Assembly: GCF_001194135.2 (NCBI RefSeq)
Contig: NC_069004.1
Location: 15,750,905 to 15,814,904, forward strand
Reading direction: 5' to 3'
Length of the DNA: 64,000 nt
Source of the DNA: Octopus bimaculoides
Lineage: Eukaryota
Below are positions 51,341 to 63,955 of the stretch, one piece after another (position 1 is the first letter of the stretch; each line of letters starts with the position of its first letter). The notes beneath the pieces are model-generated. The model was not told the DNA's origin and made no database searches. It saw only the letters and a list, made by a program, of their open reading frames with translations. The translations under genes and the position numbers were made by a program.

Positions 51341-51624
51341 TTTGCTTAAGTTTTCTGCCCACCAGGTTGTGAAGAAGCCGGCCACATCTCCAGCTACACC
51401 AACACCAATGGCTGCACCTTGAAGCTGCATGTATTGTTTTTTGTTAAACTTTACTATTTATTTCCCCTGATTGTTGTTCTCAGGGTTTTGGCTGGGTGCA
51501 GTCCAGCCACTCAAACACTCTGTGGTGCTTTTCTTCACTGCTGAAGTGATGGTGGGTAGTCTTCCCCTCTGTGACCTGGTGGGGTAGAATCTACTGAGGT
51601 CATGGTCATCTAAATAGTCACTGT
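51341..51624 (-). mobile_element. Inverted partial copy of the adjacent PLE RT (52341-52676)
   Basis: The reverse complement aligns at high identity to 52341-52676 with an about 50-bp deletion. Confidence 0.9.
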
Positions 51625-51789
51625 ATCCCACCCCAAATTGACAGTGAAACAGAAGCAAAGATCTCCTAAGCTAGAAATAGACTCTGACATATCTTAGACT
51701 GATACAACAAATCCACTAAAAAGCATAGTGAGGAGGGGACCCACCAACTCAGTCCATCTGTTGACATAGGCCTACAAAACCCGAAACAG

Positions 51790-53800
51790 TGAATTAGAAA
51801 CAGAGAATTAGTGTGCCTCCCTATGGACAAGTCTAGCAGACTGTCAGTAAACAGCCCACAGAACTATGTTCAGATCATGCAACAACACATCAGTAGCATG
51901 ACAGAAGTTGCACCACAGGAACATGAAAGAGTAGAAAAACACCTCAATGCACACATGGGAATGTGGTGCAACATACTCCAACCTATGAAAAGGATGGCAC
52001 ACAATTTCCAAGCATCCAGCAATGATGTTACTACACTATACGGGTTACGCAAGGACCACAGGTCCTACATAAACCCTGTCATGGGGCCCCAACCAGACCA
52101 ATTTGCGGAGCGAATATCTCCAGCAACTATAGACTCTTCTACTTCCTCTCACAGGTCTTACGACCTCACAGGTATTACGACAGGTTGTGTAGTGGGTAGT
52201 ATGGATGTGATTTCACTCTACCCATCTATAGACTTAGATTTTTGCTGTGGAGAAATACATTCAGGTAATCTGTGAGAGTGAAGTGGAGTTTCGTAAGGTC
52301 AACACAAGGGAACTGGGCCTCCTCCTCAGACTAAACTACAACACTGACTATTTAGATGACCATGACCCAAGTAGATTCTGCCACACCAGGTCACAGTGGG
52401 GAAGACCATCCACCATCACTTCAGCAGTGAAGAAAAGCACCACAGAGTGCTGGAGTGGCTGGACCGCACCCAGCCAAAACCCTGAGAACAACAATCAGGT
52501 GAAAGACATGATTGCGTATGCAATAGGGGCAAGTGTAAAAACCACCTTGAAGAACCACATAGTAAAGTTTAACAAAAAACTATACATGCAGGTTCAAGGT
52601 GCAGCCATTGGTGTTGGTGTAGCTGGAGATGTGGCCAGCCTCTTCATGACCTGGTGGGACAGAAAACTTAAGCAAATGTTAGCAGAACAGTCCACAACTC
52701 TTCTACTCTACAGTAGATATGTAGATGACATTAATATCATAGTTAGGACCAACTCTAGTAATGGTAATGTAGAAACTGAGAGGAATGTAATGGAGAGCAT
52801 CCAGCGAGTAGCTAACTCCATCCACCAAAGTATCAAGGTAACTATAGATTACCCCACTAAGCACCCCAGCAATAGACTCCCCATACTTGATACTGAACTT
52901 TGGTTAGAGACTGTGAACAATAGAGTGCAGCTCCTCCACTCCTATTACATGAAACCCATAGCTTCAAAATATGTTGTTCACAAGAACTCAGCTCTGTCAC
53001 ACAACATGAAAATTAACATACTGATAGCAGACTTAGGATAATGAACAATGTGTCCCCACTGTAGGAACCCTATGAAATGAACAAACATATACAGAACTTC
53101 ATGCACCGCATGCAGTTCTCTGGATAAGATCAGAAAGATAGGGTTCGAGTATACAGGGGAGCTAGAAGGAAATTAGATAACATTATTCATAATGAAACCA
53201 ATGGTACCTGCCCTAGATATAGAAACAAAGACTGGAATAGGATACAAAGAACTTGTGACAAAGCAAACAGGGCAAGTACGTGGTATAAAACTGATGAATA
53301 TCAAGGAGTGATGCTTGTAGAGGCCACAGCCCATGGAGAACTAGCCCTTGGATTTAGAAAAGCTCTGAAGGAGACCAAACTCAACATTAAGATTGTTGAA
53401 AAGTCAGGGAACTCCATCAGATCATTTGAGAATACCATATGCACCAATGATAACTGCATGGTATGTAGGATTAGCCCTGGCATTAACTGTGGAACTAGAA
53501 ATGTAGTTTACAGCATAAGATGTATAGAAGGTGTTTGTAAATACATGAACATGACATACATAGGGAAGACATCTAGGAGCATTGCGGAATGACTAACTGA
53601 ACATTTGAGACAATATGACTGCAAAAAAACAGTCCTCCATGTACAAACAGTCCAACATACCAAGGACCAACATGGAAGCAACCTGGGTCAACTTGACATC
53701 TGCATCTTATTCAAGCACCCAGAAGACTCAACACTCAGACAAATACGGGTGTACATCCTCATAAATAAAACTTCCCCAATACTAAATAGGAAATATACAT
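51790..53800 (+). pseudogene. Penelope-like element, nearly full RT plus GIY-YIG, with few disabling mutations
   Basis: LYGLRKDH, GSMDVISLYPSI, QVQGAAIG, YSRYVDDI and LPILDT (RT); CTNDNCMVC linker; RNVVYSIRC...YIGKTSRS (GIY-YIG); several stops and frameshifts. Confidence 0.9.
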
Positions 53801-53895
53801 AGTAGATATCATACCCCCATACCTACAGTTTACACAGGTAGAGTAGAATAGTTAGTGGGCTGTTATGTAGATAGATGTATGTATGTGTGTGGGTG

Positions 53896-53942
<47 letters not shown>

Positions 53943-54444
53943 GCACATGTATGTAAGCATATGGATATGAAAGTAAACAGATCAACATACAGACGGATAG
54001 GTACATAGGTTATGTGAACAGACAAGCACACATACACAAAAGAAGACTGAAACACATGACCATATATATACACACACTTTACTTCACACAAAAACACATA
54101 TGGAGATGCACATCCATACATACAAACACGGTACATAGTTGCAAAACACACACACACTCAGACATGCACACACAAGGAGACAGAGGTACACACACACATA
54201 CACATATATAAAAACACACACGGACATGCAAACACATCAATATGTAGAATATATAATACAAATATAGATACACACATATATACTTCAAAAGTATATAGTA
54301 GCAACTTCTACACACAAACTTTAATTTCATATTCCAACAAATATTCAGACAGTGAATATTTCAAGAGAAAACCAATGTCAGTTTACCAGCTGATGATTGG
54401 AAATGAGAAACTCTGAGCATTGGAAATTGGAGCCTTTAAGTTTG

Positions 54445-54666
54445 TGGTATGACGTCAGTGTCTGGGGAGGCTGACCGGAAGGGCGAGTCGACCGGAAGGG
54501 GAAAAAGGGCAGAGGGAGCCTCGATCAGGATTCGTGCCCTTTTCGAACGGGGCTGCGGTCAGGACAAGACGTGTTAAGCGATGGTCTAGGTTTGGGAAGG
54601 TTTGGGAGAAGCAGCTGCTATTCCTGGTGTACTTGGGTCGGGGCAAGCTTCAAGGATCGGATACCG
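54445..54666. other. GC/CpG-rich island abutting a gap (LTR-like or promoter-like)
   Basis: CpG-retaining sequence in an AT-rich background; TGACGTCA at 54450-54457 and a direct repeat gaccggaaggg at about 54473 and 54490. Confidence 0.4.
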
Positions 54667-55557
54667 NNNNNNNNNNNNNNNNNNNNNNNNNNNNNNNNNN
54701 NNNNNNNNNNNNNNNNNNNNNNNNNNNNNNNNNNNNNNNNNNNNNNNNNNNNNNNNNNNNNNNNNNNNNNNNNNNNNNNNNNNNNNNNNNNNNNNNNNNN
54801 NNNNNNNNNNNNNNNNNNNNNNNNNNNNNNNNNNNNNNNNNNNNNNNNNNNNNNNNNNNNNNNNNNNNNNNNNNNNNNNNNNNNNNNNNNNNNNNNNNNN
54901 NNNNNNNNNNNNNNNNNNNNNNNNNNNNNNNNNNNNNNNNNNNNNNNNNNNNNNNNNNNNNNNNNNNNNNNNNNNNNNNNNNNNNNNNNNNNNNNNNNNN
55001 NNNNNNNNNNNNNNNNNNNNNNNNNNNNNNNNNNNNNNNNNNNNNNNNNNNNNNNNNNNNNNNNNNNNNNNNNNNNNNNNNNNNNNNNNNNNNNNNNNNN
55101 NNNNNNNNNNNNNNNNNNNNNNNNNNNNNNNNNNNNNNNNNNNNNNNNNNNNNNNNNNNNNNNNNNNNNNNNNNNNNNNNNNNNNNNNNNNNNNNNNNNN
55201 NNNNNNNNNNNNNNNNNNNNNNNNNNNNNNNNNNNNNNNNNNNNNNNNNNNNNNNNNNNNNNNNNNNNNNNNNNNNNNNNNNNNNNNNNNNNNNNNNNNN
55301 NNNNNNNNNNNNNNNNNNNNNNNNNNNNNNNNNNNNNNNNNNNNNNNNNNNNNNNNNNNNNNNNNNNNNNNNNNNNNNNNNNNNNNNNNNNNNNNNNNNN
55401 NNNNNNNNNNNNNNNNNNNNNNNNNNNNNNNNNNNNNNNNNNNNNNNNNNNNNNNNNNNNNNNNNNNNNNNNNNNNNNNNNNNNNNNNNNNNNNNNNNNN
55501 NNNNNNNNNNNNNNNNNNNNNNNNNNNNNNNNNNNNNNNNNNNNNNNNNNNNNNNNN

Positions 55558-55617
<60 letters not shown>

Positions 55618-55889
55618 AGAAACAGGTGTGCTGCTATAAAGGACATACATGGTTACCCAGCCAAAGGGGAGAACAAGAGAAAGAGTGCAAGAGAGAGCAG
55701 GAGAGAGACACTGGCAAAGTGCCAGGGTATACTCACAAGGAATGGGGATTAGAATATAAATGGTATGATAGGGTAAAGAAAGAGAGAGATAAATGTTGGC
55801 AAATGCCAGAGCACATATATGTATATATATGCATATACATATGCATACATACATACATATACATATACATACATACATACATACATACA

Positions 55890-55921
<32 letters not shown>

Positions 55922-57684
55922 CACGTAAATATATATATATATCAATTTAATACACAACCGAAAGAGCTACTAATAGTTTCATGCTTTTATGATACTAGAA
56001 CAGGCATATTTATAAGATATACCATGTATCTTTACGCAATCTTTCAGACACTGTTTATGGGCTATATATATTTTAAAATCAAAGATTCTGAACAGTAAGA
56101 AAATAAGAAAAAACATGAAGACAGTGGGTGCAAAAAATGGAACAAGAAAAAAGAAGCGAAATCAAGGAAACTAAGATCCTCATCCACATTGTTAGTGGAA
56201 AGCAGCCCCAGCAGAAGCCAAGACATCTCTGATGGAAGCATTAAAGGACCTTTACATGACTTTTGTGAAGGATCCAAGTCTCACATGAGTAAAGGAGCGA
56301 TGTCAGTACACATGCACAGAACACTGCAATTTTTGTTTGCCTTGTGATGTCATGTTGGGACTAGAGACCAGACACAAGACTCAAGAGAAGGAATCAGTTG
56401 TTCTACAGCCTGAAAGATATTGCATCTTCCAAGGAGCAAGAACGGTTGAGTGTGCTGCCCAGGTAGACAAACTTGTCTACCACTTTCAGTATTGTTCCTT
56501 CAACCAAGATAGCTATAATAATACTTCTGAATAAAAATATATATAAATATAGATCTAAAAAAAAAAAGAGAAGCAATGCACATGTAAAGAAAAAAAATCA
56601 TCAATGCTTCTGAATCATTGCTGCACCTCTTATGTGTCCANNNNNNNNNNATGTTGGGACTAGAGACCAGACACAAGACTCAAGAGAAGGAATCAGTTGT
56701 TCTACAGCCTGAAAGATATTGCATCTTCCAAGGAGCAAGAACGGTTGAGTGTGCTGCCCAGGTAGACAAACTTGTCTACCACTTTCAGTATTGTTCCTTC
56801 AACCAAGATAGCTATAATAATACTTCTGAATAAAAATATATATAAATATAGATCTAAAAAAAAAAAGAGAAGCAATGCACATGTAAAGAAAAAAAATCAT
56901 CAATGCTTCTGAATCATTGCTGCACCTCTTATGTGTCCATAGCTTGTACTAGATACGCTGTATGGAGTTCCTACCAACAACCTAGAAAGCTCATTAAATA
57001 CAACTGGTATAGAACAAAATAACAGAAAATATGTCAAAGTCTGTGAGACAGCAAATCGACCTTCATGTTTATTCTCATCTTAACACTGTCCAGCATTCAC
57101 TATATCACACAATAGGGCTGTCTATTGAAGGCTTTCTCTAGATCAATGAATGAGAATTATACTGGCCTATTCTTAGCTAAGTACTTCTCTTCTTTACTAT
57201 GTCAGATATGCTTCTTCTCTGGACAAAGCCAAACTGCATTTTATCTAACCTAATTCTGCTCCCAATTAATTGGACTATAACTCTCTCTGTAATTTTCATC
57301 ACCTGATCTAGGAGTTTGATTACAGACCTTCTGTTTGTCTCCTGTTCATTTTTACATTCAGTATACATTATGTCATTTGTTTATTTACCATACATTTTTC
57401 ATTTGTATATATATATATATATATATNNNNNNNNNNNNNNNNNNNNNNNNNNNNNNNNNNNNNNNNNNNNNNNNNNNNNNNNNNNNNNNNNNNNNNNNNN
57501 NNNNNNNNNNNNNNNNNNNNNNNNNNNNNNNNNNNNNNNNNNNNNNNNNNNNNNNNNNNNNNNNNNNNNNNNNNNNNNNNNNNNNNNNNNNNNNNNNNNN
57601 NNNNNNNNNNNNNNNNNNNNNNNNNNNNNNNNNNNGATAGATAGATAAATAGATAAATAGATAGATAGATAGATAGATAAATAA

Positions 57685-57734
<50 letters not shown>

Positions 57735-57745
<11 letters not shown>

Positions 57746-58806
57746 CACTGGTTCCCATCCGAGTGGTTTTTCATGTTGGGAAACATGATAGTCAGGTGGG
57801 GCCAAATCAGGGGGATATGGAAGGTGAGTAACCAGTGCAAAGCAACAAACACAAACACCAGTCATTGAAACCAATGACTTGAGTGTTGGAGCATTGTCCT
57901 GATGAAACAAAACCCCCTTTCATTAGTTCTCCTGGGCATTTGTTCTTGATAGCCTTTTGTAACTGCCTCAGCAAGTTGGCATAGCACTGTCCATTGATGG
58001 TCTGGTCCGTTTGAAGACAGTCAATAAACACAATATCTATTGTATCCAAAACAAACTGGGGCCATCACCTTCCCTGCAAATGAAACAACCTTGGCCTCCA
58101 TTGGAGCAGGTGAGAAGGGATGTTTCCACTGCATGGATTGTCTCTTTGTCCTTGGCTCAAAGTGATGAAGCCAACACTCATCCTGGGTAAGGAAATACTC
58201 AAGGAAACCAGCTGGATCTGTGTCAAACAATGTTACATTTTGTCATTTGATCAACCTGGTGCACTTTTGATCAGGTGTCAGAAGATGTGGCACCCACTGA
58301 GCAGAAATCTGTGTCATTCCAAATTCATTGTGCAGAATATTCTCAACTCTCTAACAGGATATGATAATAGCATTGGCTATTTGATTTATAGTCCATCACC
58401 TATCATCCATCAGCATGTGGTGAACAATGTTTTCCTCAGTGGTGGCAGCTACAGGACATCTAAACATCTTTAAAACTCTCCCTTCCCCTTATAAAACCAG
58501 CTGCCCACTTTCGCATCGTTGATAAAGCTGGAGCATCATCAATGTGGCAACTATGTCAGCATGAATGACCTTAGGGGCTAAACCTCTTTTCTGCAGGTAC
58601 TTGATAACACCATGGTGCCAAATTTTGTCTGAATTTTCAATAGAAGTTGCTACTGTATACTTTTGAAGTCTTTGAACAGTCAGATATCAATTTACCTGGA
58701 AAGAAACAATGCTATTAAAAAGGAGAGTGAAATTAAGACATGCAAGATTTCACAGCTCTAGCATCACTCCGTCACAGCCAGCCTATGACATTTCAGCCAA
58801 CCCTTG
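57735..58806 (-). mobile_element. Mariner element with degraded transposase, 3' end lost in (GATA)n and gap
   Basis: TA plus TIR caagggttggctgaaatgtcataggctg at 58808; GVIKYLQKRGL, TQDECWLHHFEPRTKRQSMQWKH, FHQDNAP and HLPYPPDLAPPDYH. Confidence 0.9.
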
Positions 58807-59394
58807 TATATTTAAATATAATTATTTCTATCTATTCAATGGGTGAATGAACATATGTGTGTATATATGGATGCAGGCAAATAAATCTCTTCCTCTGTGA
58901 TTGCATCTTTTAATGACTCATTAAGCATCTGTGATGGGTACTAGGACAACTGAAATTAAGTTTTAAGGGGGACTGGCAAACCACTTATATAATGGGATGA
59001 CTACATGTCCTTTGAAGAAAAGCATTTACAGACAAAAGAGATAATGAATACTTCTAGTCCTTAGTGTTAATCTATCTTCATAAAAAGAGAGACGTGCTTA
59101 CGATGAAAAAAGACAGGATTTTAGATTTGGTTGATTTATATTTATACTTTCTATTTTTATTTTCATTGACCAATTTTGGTCTATTTGCTTTGTAATTTAT
59201 ATTTTTGAGCTGTGTTAGAGTGAATACGTGATCTATTGTACTGCTTGCTCACTTGGTTGTTTGTTGTTGGGCTGTTTTGATAGTCTAGTGGCTATGTCCT
59301 TTGTAAACGGCTTATAGAGGTGAAACAAGTGGCATATGGGGAATAGTTTTTTAAAATCTTCTCTATCACCTTGTTATGAAGCAGGATAGTCTTT

Positions 59395-59755
59395 CCACTG
59401 TGTGGTAAGAAGTTTGCTGCCCAACCACATATTTCCAGATCCAGTGTGTCACTGCGAAGCACTTTGGGCAAGTATCTTCTACTATAGCCTCAGGTTGACT
59501 AAACACTTGCAAGTTGATTTGGTGAACAGAAACTGAAAGAAGCCTGTTGTTTGTGTATGCATATGCACACACACACACACATACATATTATGTGTGTGTG
59601 TGTGTCTCTTTGGGTATATATTTTTCCCACCACTTGACAGCTGGTGCGAATTTGTTTATAACCCCATAACTTAGCAGTTAGAGACTGATAGAATAAGTAC
59701 CAGGCTTAAAAGAAAAGTACTGATGTCAATTCATGAGACTAAAATTCTTCAATGT
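59395..59755 (+). mobile_element. tRNA-derived SINE
   Basis: Head ctgtgtggtaagaagtttgctgcccaaccac and body shared with the other copies. Confidence 0.7.
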
Positions 59756-60334
59756 GGTATGTATGTATGTGTCAGGTCACTTGTGAAGCTCTCATGAGTG
59801 CTACAGGTAACATGGAACCCAGTACAACCTGTTGCGTGGTTGGGTTGTCAGTGACTAAACCACCACCCCACCTCACCAGACTAGCCTGGTGAGGAGGGTT
59901 GCTAGAAACCCAGCAGGACTAAAAACAAGACCTGTTAAGAGGCCGGATGAACTTAGTGCAGGTTCAACCACTATCTAGCAGTAGCATGGGCACAGAGAAA
60001 TTCTAGGATGGTGTTCTGCATGCTGGATGACCACCTGTCTCTAGCAGCATGTCTCTAGGAGAAGTCTACGCTGATATAAAACCAGATTTTGCTTATGCTT
60101 GAGATCATGGCACTCTCAAATCCCTGAGCCTGCAACTCATATTGGCACCAGACATCTCGCCTCGGCTTGTCTCTGGATAATGTCAGTAGAGTGGAGAAGG
60201 TCTATCAGGTGTCATGCAAGCCTTATTTTACCTAAAACTTTGCACAGGCATTGATGATTTTTTTTCTTTACATGTGCATTGCTTCTCTTTTTTTTTTTTA
60301 GATCTATATTTATATATATTTTTATTCAGAAGTA

Positions 60335-61110
60335 CTATTATAGCTATCTTGGTTGAAGGAACAATACTGAAAGTGGTAGACAAGTTTGTCTACCTGGGCA
60401 GCACACTCAACCGTTCTTGCTCCTTGGAAGATGCAATATCTTTCAGGCTGTAGAACAACTGATTCCTTCTCTTGAGTCTTGTGTCTGGTCCCAAAATGGC
60501 ATCACAAGGCAAACAAAAATTGCAGTGTACTGTGCATGTGTACTGACATCGCTCCTTTACTCATGTGAGACTTGGACCCTTCACAAAAGTCATGTAAAGG
60601 TCCTTTAATGCTTCCATTAGAGATGTCTGAGATACATTCTGAATATTGGTTGGACAGATACACAAATCCTGAAGAAATCTGATATCCCGAGTATAAAGGT
60701 GATGATGCCCAAACACCAGTTACATTGGAATGGACACCTTGTTAGAATGAAGGATAGCAGAATCCCTAAACAGATGTTATATAGGGAAATTGTTAGTAGA
60801 AAGCAACCCCAGCAGAAGCCAAGACTACGATTTAAGGACTGTGTAAAGTCCTCATTAAAAGCCTGCGAAATGTGGGAGGATGGCTGGGAGAGCAATGCTT
60901 GTCATCACCATGGATGGAGGAAACAGGTAAAGAAGGGAGTTGATACCTTTGAAAGAGCACATTTTCTTCATGAAGAATTTAAGCATGCTGCTCGAAAACA
61001 CACTGGTAGTGTAATGAATGGGGAAATCTAAGTCTGCAATGTTTGCAGTCATGTATATTTGTCAAGAGCAGGGATCATTAGTTACCAACGGAGCTGCAAG
61101 TGTAAAGTAT
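60335..61110 (+). mobile_element. RTE (BovB-like) LINE 3' portion
   Basis: VDKFVYLGSTL, LLYSCETWTL, QLHWNGHLVRMKDSRIPKQMLY and PRLRFKD, plus a terminal C2H2-like CNVCS...L.R.G.ISY; internal deletion in RT. Confidence 0.85.
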
Positions 61111-61302
61111 AAGGTAGTTTTGAGTGCATAATGTTCCTAAAGACCAGTAATGGTTTTCCTCAGTCACAAATGGATGGCCATCATGTATACATGTATGGAT
61201 GGATGGATGGACAGATGGATGGATGGACGGATGGATGGATGGATGTGTATGGAGATATGTTTATATATGAATGTGTAATGTATGTGCATATGTTTATGTA
61301 TA

Positions 61303-63532
61303 TCATCATCATTTAACATCCATTCTCCATGGTGGCATGGGTTGGATGGTTTGACAGGAGCTGGGCAGCTGGAGATCTGCCTGGCTCCATTTTATCTTCT
61401 TTGACATGGTTTCTATGGCTAGATGCCCTTCCTAACACCAACCTCTTTACAAAGTGTACTGGGTGCTTTTAACATGGCACCATCATGGATGCCTTTACAT
61501 GGCACTGGTACAGGCACTTTTTTATAGCATCACCATAGGTGCTTTTACATGGCACTGGCACAGGTACTTTTATGTAGAACCGGCACCCATGAACCTGCAA
61601 GACTAGGACCTCTCAGGTGAGATAAGGACATAGAGAATATGCCTGTATGTCTGGACAGCTATGATTTTACTTAGCTTGATGTGTTTTCTTGAGCACAGCA
61701 AATTGCCAGGAATCTCAATCCCTTGTCATCTCTGTGAAGCCCAAAGTCTGAAGGTCCTTTCTCATCACTTTGTCCCACATCTTCTCTCCACAGTTAGAGA
61801 TTAGACCTCTTTATGCAGCTGTCTTTCTCCATACACATCACATGACCATACCAGTGTAGTCTTCTCTCTTGCACACTATATTTGATGCCTTGTATACCCA
61901 ATTTTTCTCTCAAATCACTTACATTCTGTTGTACATGCAGACTGGCATTACTCATCCAGCAGAGCATGCTGACTTCATTTCTTTCAAACCTTAGTAGTAA
62001 CAGCCCATGTCTTGCAGCCATGTAGCATAGCTGTTCATATACAGGTATCATACAATCTGCCTTTCACTCTGCAGGAAAGGCCCTTTGTTACTAACAAAAG
62101 TAGTAGCTCTCTAAACTATACCCAGCCCATTCGTATTCTAGGAACTATGCTTTCAGAAGTACCTCCTTCATTACTAAACTTGGTCACCTAAGTAATGGAA
62201 ACTATCCATTACTTCTAAGGACCCCACTCTCTCTGGCCATTTGATAGTGTCTATTTTCTGTACATTCCTAGCATTTAATGTACCGGCATGTCTGTGACTC
62301 GCAAAGTCTACATTCTCTGTTAACTGTCCTGTGGTATTGCTGCACCTCTTATGTGTCCATAGCTTGTTCTAGATACGCCGTATGGAGTTCCTACCAACAA
62401 CTTTTCTTCACATTGAGCAAGACCATCTCCCTGAAGGTATCAGTGATTTGTTTGATTTCCCACTTATTAGGACTTTGGTCTTTGCTAAATTAACTCTAAG
62501 GCCCATTTTCTTCTCTAGTTCTGGTAATGATTTAGCTATAAGAACAAGGTCATCAGCATAGAGGAACTTCCAAGGGAAGGAAGACCATGATAAACAAGAG
62601 GGGATTAAGAACTAATCCCTGGTGAACTCCTACTTGTACACTAAACTCCTTGCCACACTCATTGGCGATTCTCCCCTTACTGACAGCATCCCTGTATATG
62701 GCTTATACTATTCTCACTAATCACTCATCTATTTCTAACTTCTGCATTGCTCACCAGATAAGGGAGCAAGGGTGGTGCTTTTCCCTAGCACAAATCCAAA
62801 ATGCATCTCATCTATGCTAACTCTCTTCCTAATTAATTGAGCTATGACCCTTTCTCTAACTTTCATCACCTGGTCCAATAATTTGATACCTCTATAATTA
62901 TTACTGTCTGAGGCATCACCTTTACCTTTGTAGAAGTTGACTACAATGCAACTACATTGTCCCTCATGGACAAACCTGATTAACTATAAGGGCGACTGGG
63001 CCATATACCACTCTGTCAGATATTTGAAGCATCTCAACAGTGATTCCTTAAGCTTCCAAATCCTTCTTTTCCAGACTGGTTTACTTCTTGGAATCCTTCC
63101 AGTCTGAAGTCACTAATGACTAACCTATGCTGAGAGATACATTCTTAACCAGGAAGGTCTTTGCATTTATGAGCAATCACATACCTCACTTTTTGGTGAG
63201 AATGTAGTCAATTAGTCAATCTGGCTAGCATGGGCACTAGATTGATAGATTATCAAGTGACTGGTTGGCTTCCTGGAGTTGGTGTTGTAGATCATTAGGC
63301 AATTCACATCAGTGAACTCCAGTAACCTTGTTCCCTTCACTGTCCCCCTTCTGCCTGTCCCCTCAACTGGGTCTGCCAAATGACCAAAAGGATCAGTTTT
63401 ATGATATTCTTTTACAGACTATCTCAAAGACAAATGACAGTGATCTTATCTTCATGGCTGATGACTTCGATGGATATGTTGGGCAGCATTTGGGAGTCTT
63501 CTGCAATGTACATGGTGGCCATGAAGTTGGTA
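61303..63532 (-). mobile_element. RTE-clade LINE with internal deletions and an inverted 5' segment
   Basis: Minus strand GTRLLEF, IDYIL, QHRLVISDF (APE); YRGIKLLDQVMKV and RRLHWYGHV (RT); tail gaatggatgttaaatgatgatgat at 61303. The APE segment at about 63349-63532 reads on the plus strand. Confidence 0.85.
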
Positions 63533-63544
63533 TATATTTTCATA

Positions 63545-63955
63545 TACTCTTTTACTTGTTTCAGTCATTTGACTGCGGCCATGCTGGAGCACCGCCTTTA
63601 ATTAAGCAAATCGACCCCAGGACTTATTCTTTGTAAGTCTAGTACATATTCTATTGGTCTCTTTTGCCGAACCGCTAGGTTACGGGTACGTAAACACACC
63701 AGCATCGGTTGTCAAACGATGTTGGGGGAGGGGGGACAAACACACACACACAAACACACACACACATATATATACATATACGTATATATACAACGGACTT
63801 CTTTCAGTTTCCATCTACCAAATCCACTCACAAAGCTTTGGTCGGCCCGAGGCTATAGTAGAAGAGACTTGCCCAAAGTGCCACGCAGTGGGACTGAACC
63901 CGGAACCATGTGGTTGGTAAGCAAGCTACTTACCACACAGCCACTCCTATGCCTA
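63545..63955 (-). mobile_element. tRNA-derived SINE, best-preserved copy
   Basis: Minus strand begins ggagTGGCTGTGTGGtaagtagcttgcttaccaaccacatggttccgGGTTCAGTCCCactg, giving Pol III A and B boxes; retains CpGs. Confidence 0.8.

Noticed and set aside
56461-56480. Small hairpin ggtagacaa-ac-ttgtctacc (also at 60374-60393)
   Set aside because: It is an incidental feature of the RTE coding sequence VDKFVY.
56352-56939. Near-exact 289-bp tandem duplication
   Set aside because: The two copies directly flank a 10-N gap (56641-56650), which is the typical unmerged contig-overlap artefact.
59766-59960. HDV-like ribozyme
   Set aside because: A P3/L3-like acc-tgttgcgt-ggt is present, but P1' and P1.1 could not be placed as the fold requires.
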